Below, piece by piece: positions 1-9,039 of a stretch of 64,000 bases of DNA. Within the stretch, counting starts at the first letter, position 1. The number at the start of each line of letters is the position of its first letter. Under the pieces are notes generated by a model, which was given only the letters and a program-made list of their open reading frames with translations, was not told where the DNA came from and searched no databases. This DNA is from an uncultured Pseudomonadales bacterium (GTDB taxonomy: Bacteria; Patescibacteriota; Microgenomatia; UBA1400; CAYXSR01). The translations under genes were made by a program, and so were the position numbers. The DNA lies in the NCBI GenBank assembly GCA_964430265.1, contig CAYSEI010000005.1, positions 14,784-78,783 on the forward strand, in the 5' to 3' direction.

Positions 1-785
1 ATTCAATTAAATTGATTAGGTGCTGACGTATGATAAAAACTATATATTTTTCTTGTAACAAAACAAGAAAGCAGCTTTTATCTCATCCATAAAGGAATCA
101 GTCGTTACGGGGTTATAACGGTAGCTTGTATTTCAAGCTTGGTATAACAAAGGGTTTGACTAAATTAATAAAAGTTCCAATGCTTTTTACTCTAATTCTG
201 ATGCGAAAATACTCTTTATCTTTATTAAGTGTACTCTCAATACCAAAATTGTTTTTTAAGAACTTTATCAATCTGTTTTGTTGTTCCACACTAAACTGTT
301 GTGAATTTAGATATACTGTATTATAACTTTTACTCCCATCATCCATAAACCAAACAGCTAAAGCTAGATTATCTAAACTCAAATCCTTGGGTATAATCTT
401 CACTCCCTTCTTATAAAATTGTTTATAAAAAGGAGTTAAACTTTCTAAACTTCTAGTAAAAAACCTGTAACAATTTCTACCGTTATTAAAGTAGTATGTT
501 GGTTTTGTTCTTACTAGGTTTTTCAGCTTATTATACTTCCAGATTACTAGTTTTTTCTGCTTTAAACTGTGTGTTATTTGGAGATGTGCATTATTTTTGC
601 AACGCATATATCCATCACCCAGTAAAGTGCCGACAACAACTGAACTTTGTTCTTCCGTTAAACTTCCCACGGGATTGCCTTTTAATATTATTTCATTATA
701 GCACTAATATTAGTAAGGTTCCCCCGTTATTAGTCAGTGTTTATACAGCACTTTAATGTTTCCATTAAAGGTCCCCGATGTGTTG
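1..785 (-). mobile_element. Group I intron in 23S rRNA at site L2500 (3' end outside window)
   Basis: rRNA homology stops after GCGACCU (U2500). The next bases CAACACAUCGGGG can form P1 with a U-G pair, and ACAUCG is complementary to the expected 3' exon CGAUGU (P10). An R-like CGUAACGACUG lies near 99-109. Contains a LAGLIDADG ORF. Confidence 0.9.
113..670 (-). CDS. Intron-encoded LAGLIDADG homing endonuclease (two-motif, I-SceI/LAGLIDADG_2-like)
   Basis: Motifs VVGTLLGDG and LAVWFMDDG; GTG start; lies inside the L2500 intron. Confidence 0.92.
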   Translation of the reverse strand: MGSLTEEQSSVVVGTLLGDGYMRCKNNAHLQITHSLKQKKLVIWKYNKLKNLVRTKPTYYFNNGRNCYRFFTRSLESLTPFYKQFYKKGVKIIPKDLSLDNLALAVWFMDDGSKSYNTVYLNSQQFSVEQQNRLIKFLKNNFGIESTLNKDKEYFRIRIRVKSIGTFINLVKPFVIPSLKYKLPL

Positions 786-1328
786 AGGTCGCGAACCGAG
801 CCGTCGATATGAACTCTTGGGCCCGACCACGCTGTTATCCCCAAAGTAGCTTTTATCCGATAAGCTCCGCACTCATCCACAGAGTGCTGGAGGATCACTA
901 AGACCGAGTTTCCTCTCAGCTCCACGAGCTTGTGTCGCTGTTAAGCATGCTTTTACCTTTACACGTCCAGCCCGATTTCCATCCGGGCCAAGCATACCTT
1001 TGTGCGCTTGCGTTACCTTTTAGCAAGCAACCTCCCCAGTTAAACTGCCCACCAAACACTGTCCCTAGACCCGTTTAGGGTCCCTGGTTAGAGACCAACC
1101 TACCAAAGAGAGGTATTCCACTGACGGACTGACAAAGTCAGCCCTCCCTCCTATTCTCGACAGTTGGTAAATTGGCCCCAATGTCAAGCTACAGTAAAGC
1201 TTTATGGGGTCTTTTTGTCCTGCAGTAAGTAGGCCGCATCTTCACGGCCATTTCAATTTCACCGAGTCTATTTCCAAGACAGCTTCCAAGTCGTTAAACC
1301 TTTCATGCACGTCGGAACTTACCCGACA

Positions 1329-2341
1329 CAGTTCTGTTACTTTATGACCCAAAAATTGGGCGGCATACTGTTTCCAGTATGCTCTACATGTCGCCATGTA
1401 GCTCAGACTATATCTTTCCAAATACTTTTAAAAGTCTTTGGACTTGGCGTATAGTCGTTGAGGATCCAGTGCAATCTTGAAATTCTTTTCCTCATTTTCT
1501 TCAGTTTAGAAGGATAAAGACAGCAAAAAATCTCTAGTGCTTTTTGCACTTCATTTTTGCTGTTAATTTCAAAGTGAAGCATTTTTTCCTTCACCCTTTT
1601 GTGTATATGACCCATTTTGAGAAAATCTTTAAAAAGATTTATTATCTTTTTTTCTCTCATTGCGATTGCAAAAAATGGTTGCATATATTGACCGCTTTGC
1701 TTTAAACCTACTGAACCTTCTGCATCAAAAATTAATTGTTCATAGCTTTTAATAGGCAAAGCTGTCTTCTTTATCTTCCTAAAAAGAACTCGTATTTCTT
1801 CTAATGATTTTTGTTGCTGTTTACTTCTTTTATAAGAAGTTCTTTCTTCAAGTAATCTAATAGCTTGATTGATCAAGGCTAATTTGCTGAATGTAATATC
1901 ACCTATAATTGGCGGATATTTTCTAAAGAAAAATAAAACTTTTTTTACTTTTCTTTTACCTCTAATAGAGAGGTTATATCCTCCGTTAGTTATAGTTATT
2001 ACTCCTTCATTTTCAACAATTACTTTATTAACCTCTCCTAAAAAATCTCTATCAGAGTTACTTATAGTAATATCTGGAGTATAATAAACACCTCCAGTTT
2101 TACTTTTCCGATTAGATAATTTTAGAAGAGAACAAGAAAGTTCTCCACAACAAAAACCCGTGTAGTAAAAGAATTTCTGCGCTGTTTCCTGCTGATTGTC
2201 CGGCATGTCATTTGACATCCAATGATGGATTTTCACTTTGATATTAGTATATATCAATAGTACCATCATATACACCCGGAGGTTCCAGCATATAGCCAAG
2301 TTCTCCCTCTAAGCCTAAAGCCTAAAAGGACCCCTGTAGTG
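1329..2341 (-). mobile_element. Group I intron in 23S rRNA at site L1943
   Basis: 5' exon ends ACCU; P1 is ACCUC/GGGGU. Intron ends in G immediately before exon UGUCGGGUAAG. Q (AAUCAGCAGG), R (CAACGACUA) and S (AAGAUAUAGUC) elements are present. Confidence 0.93.
1403..2218 (-). CDS. Intron-encoded two-domain LAGLIDADG endonuclease, probably degenerate
   Basis: YYTGFCCGEL and LIFDAEGSV motifs. Start at ATG 2218 or 2206 is more plausible than the ORF-track start at 2299. Confidence 0.8.
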   Translation of the reverse strand: MSNDMPDNQQETAQKFFYYTGFCCGELSCSLLKLSNRKSKTGGVYYTPDITISNSDRDFLGEVNKVIVENEGVITITNGGYNLSIRGKRKVKKVLFFFRKYPPIIGDITFSKLALINQAIRLLEERTSYKRSKQQQKSLEEIRVLFRKIKKTALPIKSYEQLIFDAEGSVGLKQSGQYMQPFFAIAMREKKIINLFKDFLKMGHIHKRVKEKMLHFEINSKNEVQKALEIFCCLYPSKLKKMRKRISRLHWILNDYTPSPKTFKSIWKDIV

Positions 2342-2353
2342 AGGTACTTCGCT

Positions 2354-3066
2354 CATAAAGTTATTTTATAACTTACGTAGTGTTAACCTTAAAGGTGCTT
2401 TTACGCTTTTAAAAGCTCTCTTAGTCGCCTAAGAGTTCGGACTATATCTTCCCATTTCTAAAATGGGTCCTACGTATAGTCTCTGAGGATGTTAAAAACT
2501 TTGGGATTTTCTGTTCGTTTATCCGATAAGATATTCTGGCAATTTTTTCAATTCCTTCCAATTTTAAGTGGATTTTCTCTTCAACCATAAGTTGAACCAC
2601 CTCAGAAAAAAGATCAAAGGACTTTGCTTTGTAGGTCCTTAATCTATTTTTCTTAAAAAACGGAATTATCTTTTTGCTCAGATCTTTAAGACTTCTAACA
2701 CAATATCTGTGTAAGTCTTCTTTGTGATTGTCATGTCTTCGATTAATAAAAATTCTCCCACATCTAAAATAGTCTTTTACTATTTCTAATGCTTTAAAAC
2801 TCTTTTCGCCTTGCGTTAAAACAAATTCTGGCATTACTTGCCAGCCAAGACGAGTAGTACGATTTTTATTAATAGAAACACAAAAACAACCATCTCCATC
2901 GGTAAAACCAACAATCCATCCTTCAAGCTTTAACCTTTCCTGCTGATTGTCCGCACTTGAATCATTTTCACTCATAATTAAGTAAAATCTAGCACATAGT
3001 TATGAGTAGATCAAGATACACGGAGTTTCCAGCATATAGTAGGATTTTACTATGGCAGCGAATTCT
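2354..3066 (-). mobile_element. Group I intron in 23S rRNA at site L1931
   Basis: P1 is CUAUGGU|AG...CU GCCAUAG with the U-G splice pair. Terminal G precedes exon AGCGAAG. Q, R (CAGAGACUA) and S (AAGAUAUAGUC) elements are present. Confidence 0.94.
2442..2975 (-). CDS. Intron-encoded single-motif LAGLIDADG homing endonuclease
   Basis: WIVGFTDGDGCF motif; IIPFF..N.L.T.K...F signature of the I-CreI-like family. Confidence 0.93.
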   Translation of the reverse strand: MSENDSSADNQQERLKLEGWIVGFTDGDGCFCVSINKNRTTRLGWQVMPEFVLTQGEKSFKALEIVKDYFRCGRIFINRRHDNHKEDLHRYCVRSLKDLSKKIIPFFKKNRLRTYKAKSFDLFSEVVQLMVEEKIHLKLEGIEKIARISYRINEQKIPKFLTSSETIRRTHFRNGKI

Positions 3067-4532
3067 ACCATAGAACAGTTATAGTTACTGCTGCCGTTCA
3101 CCGGAGCTTATACCAAAGGCTATCTTACAAAGTAAGACCACCCTCAGCACTTAACTTACCGGCACTGGGCAGGTATCAGCCCCTATACATCCTCTTTCGA
3201 GTTAGCAGAGACCTGTGTTTTTGTTAAACAGTCGCTTGGAAATCTTTAGCTGCGACTTTCCTTATGCAAGCACAAGGAAAGTAGGGCATCTTCCGAAGTT
3301 ACGCCCAGCTTGATTGCCGAGTTCCTTGGAAATAGTTCTCTCGCTCATCTTCCCATTCTCAGGGTGTCCACCAGTGTCGGTAATGAGGTACGGTTTCTGT
3401 TCTTCCTCCTTACGACGCTTTTCCCGGATGCAGAATTGTTTCAACTCATCTCCTTGAAACAAGGAAATTTGCATTCGTTACTCAACATTAACGTCACTAC
3501 GGATTTACCTATAGTGACTGTTTTGTAGCTTAGACTCGGCAACTTCATCGCCGAGCTTGAATTGTCCCGCATCGTCACGCCTTAAGTAATATCGCAAAAA
3601 CAGAAGTACAGGAATATTAACCTGTTGTCCATCGACTACGCCGTTTGGCCTCGCCTTAGGACCGACTAACCCAACGCCGACGAACGTTGCGTTGGAAACC
3701 TTGGACATTACGATGTTCTGGATTCTCACCAGAATTTCGTTACTCATACCGGCATTCTCGCATCTGACAACTCCATCCCTAGCTCACGCCGGAACTTCAA
3801 TGTCGTCAGATCGCTCCCCTACCGCAGGCTACTATCCGAAGATAATAACCTACCCCTATTTTCGGTCCAGTACTTATTCTCATTAAATCTTAGGCGCCAC
3901 AAATCCTAGACCAGTGAGCTGTTACGCTTTCTTTCAAGGATGGCTGCTTCTAAGCCGACCTCCTGGCTGTCTGAGATTTATGACTTCCTTTTACTTAGTA
4001 CTGAGTTAGAGACCTTAAATGAGGGTCTGGGATGTTTCCCTTTCGCAACTGGAGCTTAGCCCCCAGTCACTGAGTGCACTAATCTTCACAAGAGTATTCG
4101 GAGTTTGGTTGATTACAGGAACTTGAAAGCTCCTGCAACCATCCAGTGCTCTACCTCTCTAGTTTAAATTAGAACCCTATACCTAAATATATTTCGGGGA
4201 GAACCAGCTATCTCCGAGCTCGATTAGCATGTTACTACGACCCACAGATCATCTTAAGCATTTGCATTTGCCACAAGTTCGGGCTTCCCCCTGGCTTTCG
4301 CCAGAGTTCACCCTGTCCATGGGTAGCTCGCCCGGTTTCGGGTCTTTTGAATTGCGCTGAACGCCTTATTCAGACTCGGTTTCCCTACGCCTTCACTACA
4401 GAGTAGTTTAGACTCGCACTAATTCAAAAACTCGCCGGTTCATTCTTCAATAGGCACGCCATCACCCACGATAAATCGGGGCTCTGACCGCTTGTTAGCA
4501 AACAGTTTCAGATTCTATTTCACTCCCCTCCC

Positions 4533-4566
<34 letters not shown>

Positions 4567-5183
4567 ACACTATCGGTGATTTTCTGTATTTAGCCTTGGG
4601 AGAGTGGTTCTCCCGGATTCCCACAAAAGTTGCATCAATCGTGGTACTCAGGAACTTTACACTGTCGTAATCAATTTTTGGGTACGGGACGTTCGCCCTC
4701 TTTGGTTGTTCAATTCCGGAACATTCCCCTAATTTTTCCGACATAAAAGTAAAGCCCTGCAACCCCAGCCGATATGGCTGGTTTGGGCTGTTCCGTTTTC
4801 GCTCGTCGCTACTAACGGAATCGATTTTCTTTCTCTTCCTCCAGGTACTAAGATATTTCAGTTCCCTGGGTTATCTCCTAACTACCTATGTATTCAGTAG
4901 TTGGTGTCAAGGCTTTACAGCCAAGACAGGTTTCCCCATTCGGATACCACCGGATCAAAGCTTTTTTGGCAGCTCCCCGGCGCTTTTCGCAGCCTAGTGC
5001 GTCCTTCATCGTCAGAAAATCCCATAGGCATTCACTGTTTGCTTTAATTGGAATAATTAACTAAAAAATCATTCCATCTATTCCACCTGACGGCGGACAC
5101 TAAATTGTTTTGAAAACAAAACAAGATAGGTTAGATAAGCAATCTCTTCACTTTTCAAAGAGCAATCCAAAGTTTAATTTGGG

Positions 5184-5256
5184 TGGACCCGAGCGGGTTT
5201 GAACCGCTGACCTCCACTGTGCAAGAGTGGTGCTCTCCCAACTGAGCTACAGGCCC
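5184..5256 (-). tRNA. tRNA-Ala(UGC)
   Basis: GGGCCTG...CCACT-CT-TGC-AC-AGTGG...GGTTCAAAC...CGGGTCCA cloverleaf; CCA not encoded (followed by CCC). Confidence 0.96.
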
Positions 5257-5258
5257 AT

Positions 5259-5283
5259 AAAAAAAGCCTCCGTAAAGGAGACT
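5259..5283 (-). terminator. Intrinsic-terminator-like hairpin in the leader immediately 5' of tRNA-Ala/23S
   Basis: Minus strand AGTCTCC-TTTAC-GGAGGCT followed by a T tract. Confidence 0.7.
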
Positions 5284-5401
5284 CTATTCTTAATCCGCTT
5301 TGGGATTAAAACACTACATTTTGCCTTGGTAACCTATTTTGAATTTTGATTTACAAAGCAATTCACACATATATATTTTTGCAAGTCTCCTTACAAAGCT
5401 T

Positions 5402-5430
5402 AGAATACCAAAACATAGGGGGTAAGTCAA
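5402..5430 (-). promoter_or_regulatory. Sigma70 promoter of the tRNA-Ala-23S unit
   Basis: TTGACT-17 nt-TATTCT with TG extension. Confidence 0.8.
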
Positions 5431-5437
5431 GCAGCAA

Positions 5438-6130
5438 TTATTTAAAAATGTATGCTGGAATTCCCAGTATTAAAAGAAGTGCTCCCAAAGCTAAAAATGC
5501 AAAAGTATATTCAATAGTTCCGGACTCCGGCAAAGCTGAAGGTGTCGCATCTTCATCAGTTCCACCTCCGACACCCGCATCTTCCGATGCTTCCGGTGAC
5601 GGAGAGGCTGTTACTGTTCCTTCTCCTAAAGTATAGCTGCCATCTACATTTGCACTACAAACTATTATATCTGTTGGGGTTGGATCATTAATTCCTGAAT
5701 CTGTACTGTCTCCTGCAGTACAATCAAAAGTCAGTGCGGCTGTTCCACTTGTGCTTTTGGCTTCAACTATCATAGTTGCCAAAGTCCCGGTTCCCGTTTT
5801 ACTCTCCAAAGAAGAACCCAAAGAAAGATTTGCATTTATGATTACTTGACTGGAGTAAATATTGTGTGAAACATCATCAAAGAAACTTCCTCCCTCAATA
5901 GATGTAACTTCTAATTTTGATGAGTCAAAGTTAATTACTGCTTTAGCGCTTTTTGCCTCTTGTCCTCCAGTATCTATTAAAACATCAATTTCACTTCCAG
6001 ATGTTTCTATTGTTCCACTGGTCGGAGAAAATTCCAAGTGAGGGTCTGCTGCAAAAGCATTAGTAGCAAAAACTGTTAGCAAAAAAACTGTACTCAAAAT
6101 GTATAGGCAGGTTCTTTTCATAATATTCAT
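5438..6130 (-). CDS. Secreted cohesin-domain protein with C-terminal LPXTG-like (LPESG) sortase signal
   Basis: Signal peptide ending AFA; cohesin-like pattern (VLIDTGG, AVINFDSSKLEV, GTGTLATM); Pro/Ser/Glu linker; LPESG + hydrophobic helix + K. Confidence 0.8.
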   Translation of the reverse strand: MNIMKRTCLYILSTVFLLTVFATNAFAADPHLEFSPTSGTIETSGSEIDVLIDTGGQEAKSAKAVINFDSSKLEVTSIEGGSFFDDVSHNIYSSQVIINANLSLGSSLESKTGTGTLATMIVEAKSTSGTAALTFDCTAGDSTDSGINDPTPTDIIVCSANVDGSYTLGEGTVTASPSPEASEDAGVGGGTDEDATPSALPESGTIEYTFAFLALGALLLILGIPAYIFK

Positions 6131-6135
6131 TATAA

Positions 6136-6759
6136 TTATTTTATGCTGATTGTCAAAGGTCCAATTTGACCCAACAGCTCTTTACCTCCGTAAGCAGCCA
6201 TACTACTTTCTTTTTGATTAATGCCTATCTTTACTGTTCCTTCCTCTTTTGGAACAATAGTATAGGTTGTTAAAAGTTCATTATTCATCGGCTTTTCTAC
6301 ATTCAATTCTTGAATAGTAATTATTTGCGCTTCACCCTTTTGATTGTCAATTTCATTTTTCAAATAAGTAAAAAACTGCCCAGGTATCGGATTCTGGAGT
6401 TCAATTTTGTCCGGATTATATTCTAAAATATATTCCACACCATCAATTATTTCCCCATTTCCATCCCCATAAACAGAAATTTGAAAACCTTCGTTTACAT
6501 TATATGTATTTCTATCACTTGTTATATATATCCTAGCATTTTCTTTTACCTCTACATCAGTAGAGATTACTTCCTGCTTCCCTTTATCAGGAATTTCCTT
6601 AATAACCTTTTTTTGCGGAGCTTTTTTTTCTTTTTTAAAGTCACCAGGTCTAAACTCTTTGATTGTAGAAATTTCTCCTGTATATAGATAGTATCCTATT
6701 ATACCCATAATTAAACTAGTCAAAAGTATTAAACTATAGCTGATTAGCTTTTTTTTCAT
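6136..6759 (-). CDS. Membrane-anchored cohesin-domain protein
   Basis: N-terminal TM; IDGVEYILEYNPDKIE cohesin-like strand pattern. Confidence 0.72.
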   Translation of the reverse strand: MKKKLISYSLILLTSLIMGIIGYYLYTGEISTIKEFRPGDFKKEKKAPQKKVIKEIPDKGKQEVISTDVEVKENARIYITSDRNTYNVNEGFQISVYGDGNGEIIDGVEYILEYNPDKIELQNPIPGQFFTYLKNEIDNQKGEAQIITIQELNVEKPMNNELLTTYTIVPKEEGTVKIGINQKESSMAAYGGKELLGQIGPLTISIK

Positions 6760-6771
6760 TTTCTCTGCTCC

Positions 6772-9039
6772 TTATTCATCATCTTGCTTATGTGTTATTG
6801 TTTTTTGGAATAAGTATTTATCTGTGTCATCCACAACTCCATTAAAGTTGCCGTCTGCTGCCCAACATCCCTTATCTCCGGCATAATCACCCTCGGCCTC
6901 ATATTTGTCATCTCCAGCCTTACTATTCATGCATTCCTTTATTATAGAATAGTCTTTTACTCCCACAACATGATCCTCATCAACATCTCCAAATTCCATA
7001 GGCTGGATTTGTTCTCCTTCATCCACTAAGGAAAAGTTGAGTGTTTTTTCTTCTCCGCTTGTTATCTGAATATAATCGCTCCTAGAACAAAGGTCATTAA
7101 TTCCTTGATTTTCACTGCAAAATCTTATTCTACGGTGATTTGGTCCCTTGATTAAGAAGTTGTATCCTCCAGTCAACATGGAATGAGTATCAAAAGTAAA
7201 CGTTTTGTGGTAATTTTTTGTATCCGGATTGTATTCAAAGTCAAAGTAGTCGGCAATAATATAAGTGTTGTCTTCCGCTTGAATTGCAAACTGAACCTCT
7301 AAGTTTCTGTATCTGTCTCTTAAATTACAATACCTGGGATCACAATCTTCATCAAGACAGCAATAATCATTATTATTAGCCGGTACACCGTCAAATTTAA
7401 CCTGTATATTAAGTTTAGTTATATCACTATCATCACTTGGCGATGGACTTGGATTTGAGGAAGGACTTGGACTTGGTAACGGAGATCCGCACACATATCC
7501 AGCCTGGAAACAAGTCCCATTACACACTACACAACCAAATTCCTCTGGACAACCCATACTTGCCAAATCTCCTACAGGACAACAACCGCTCTCTGGATTA
7601 GAAGCACAGTCAAAATCATAACAATCCGTATCGCCATCACAATCATTATCTTTTTGATCACTACAATCCTCAGTCGCACCAGGATAAACATTTCTGTCAT
7701 TGTCATCACAGTCTTGTCCACCACATTCAATATTTACATATTCGTCTGCATCCATATCAGTGGTACAAATTCCATTAGTACAACAAACATCACCTTCAGA
7801 ACAAGCTCTACCATTACAATCTAAATCAGCACAATCGATTTTTCCGTCTCCATCATTATCTTGCGAGTCCGAACAATTCTGTTCAGCTGTTGATGTTGAT
7901 GGGCTTGGTGATGCCTGAGGAACACATTCTGCTGCATTACATGTTTCACCCGTTCCACAAGAAACTCCACATCCGCCGCAATTATTTTCATCAGTAAGTA
8001 AATCGGCTTCACAACCATCCCCCCAGTTATTATTGCAATTATCAAAACCACATTCACAATTACAGCTCTTAAATGCCTCTACTTCTCCCCAATCAATTCT
8101 GTCAAACCACTCCTTAAAACTCCATTTAAAATTAGCTATTGTTCCTTCGCCAGGCTTGTATCTTGTCTGCCAGACATTTGTTCCCTGTACAATAGCTGAG
8201 TAGTAATATCCGTCTTCCTCTCTTTTATATGTTGAAAAAGCACCAATTGAATTATCAGCACTAAAAGTATTAATTCCTTCCCAATCTACATTGTCTACCC
8301 AATTGGAAAAATCCCATTTTAAGTTTGCTTTTGTTCCTTCAGCGGGTTTGTATTTTGTCTGCCAGACATTTGTTCCCTGCGTTATCATAGTATAGTAGTA
8401 GCCGTCTTCATCAATTTTATATATACTCATAGCCTCTATACGGTCATTAGTATTAAAAGGATCAATTCCATTCCAGTCTATTTTGCTTGCCCATTCTTTG
8501 AAACTCCATTTAAATGTTGCTTTTGTTCCTTCAGCAGGTTTGTATTTTGTCTGCCAGACATTTGTTCCCTGCGTTATCATAGTATAGTAGTAGCCATCTT
8601 CATCAATTTTAAATATCGCCATAGAATCAATCGGGTCATTAATACTAAAAGGATCAATTCCGTTCCAGTCTATTCTGCTTGACCATTCTTGGAAGTTCCA
8701 CTTAAAAGTTGCAACTGTTCCTTCCCCAGCCTTGTATTTTGTCTGCCAGATATTATTGTCTTCAGTCAGCATAGTATAATAGTAACCGTCTTCATCAAGT
8801 CTGAATTGTGCAATTGAATCAAGGTTTTCACTGGGTGCAAAATCACCAATGCAAACAGCATTTGCCCCGCAGTCCTGATCTTCACTGCAAGACTCCTGCA
8901 CATAAACTTCCGGTTCTTTTGTGGGAGTTTTCATCGCCTGCCAAACACTGTATCCTGAACCAACCACTACTGCCAAGCTGAAGATATATACAGCTTTTTT
9001 TAGAAATCCTGGTTTTTGTTCTATATTTATTTTATCCAT
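6772..9039 (-). CDS. Large surface protein: TM, four 64-aa repeats, Cys/Asp-rich (MopE-related-like) modules, C-terminal dockerin
   Basis: DCDD..VYPGATEDC.D..DNDCDG motif; two EF-hand-like loops GDVDEDHVVGVKD and ADGNFNGVVDDTD at the C-terminus. Confidence 0.82.
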   Translation of the reverse strand: MDKINIEQKPGFLKKAVYIFSLAVVVGSGYSVWQAMKTPTKEPEVYVQESCSEDQDCGANAVCIGDFAPSENLDSIAQFRLDEDGYYYTMLTEDNNIWQTKYKAGEGTVATFKWNFQEWSSRIDWNGIDPFSINDPIDSMAIFKIDEDGYYYTMITQGTNVWQTKYKPAEGTKATFKWSFKEWASKIDWNGIDPFNTNDRIEAMSIYKIDEDGYYYTMITQGTNVWQTKYKPAEGTKANLKWDFSNWVDNVDWEGINTFSADNSIGAFSTYKREEDGYYYSAIVQGTNVWQTRYKPGEGTIANFKWSFKEWFDRIDWGEVEAFKSCNCECGFDNCNNNWGDGCEADLLTDENNCGGCGVSCGTGETCNAAECVPQASPSPSTSTAEQNCSDSQDNDGDGKIDCADLDCNGRACSEGDVCCTNGICTTDMDADEYVNIECGGQDCDDNDRNVYPGATEDCSDQKDNDCDGDTDCYDFDCASNPESGCCPVGDLASMGCPEEFGCVVCNGTCFQAGYVCGSPLPSPSPSSNPSPSPSDDSDITKLNIQVKFDGVPANNNDYCCLDEDCDPRYCNLRDRYRNLEVQFAIQAEDNTYIIADYFDFEYNPDTKNYHKTFTFDTHSMLTGGYNFLIKGPNHRRIRFCSENQGINDLCSRSDYIQITSGEEKTLNFSLVDEGEQIQPMEFGDVDEDHVVGVKDYSIIKECMNSKAGDDKYEAEGDYAGDKGCWAADGNFNGVVDDTDKYLFQKTITHKQDDE
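8060..8830 (-). repeat. Four tandem 192-nt (64-aa) intragenic repeats
   Basis: DEDGYYY..I.QGTNVWQT.YKP.EGT.A.FKW recurs four times; DNA offset 8381 to 8573 is 192 nt. Confidence 0.93.

Noticed and set aside
8060-8830. 192-nt repeats as a CRISPR array or DGR template/variable repeats
   Set aside because: In-frame coding repeats without spacers; no cas or reverse transcriptase in the window; differences are not adenine-restricted.
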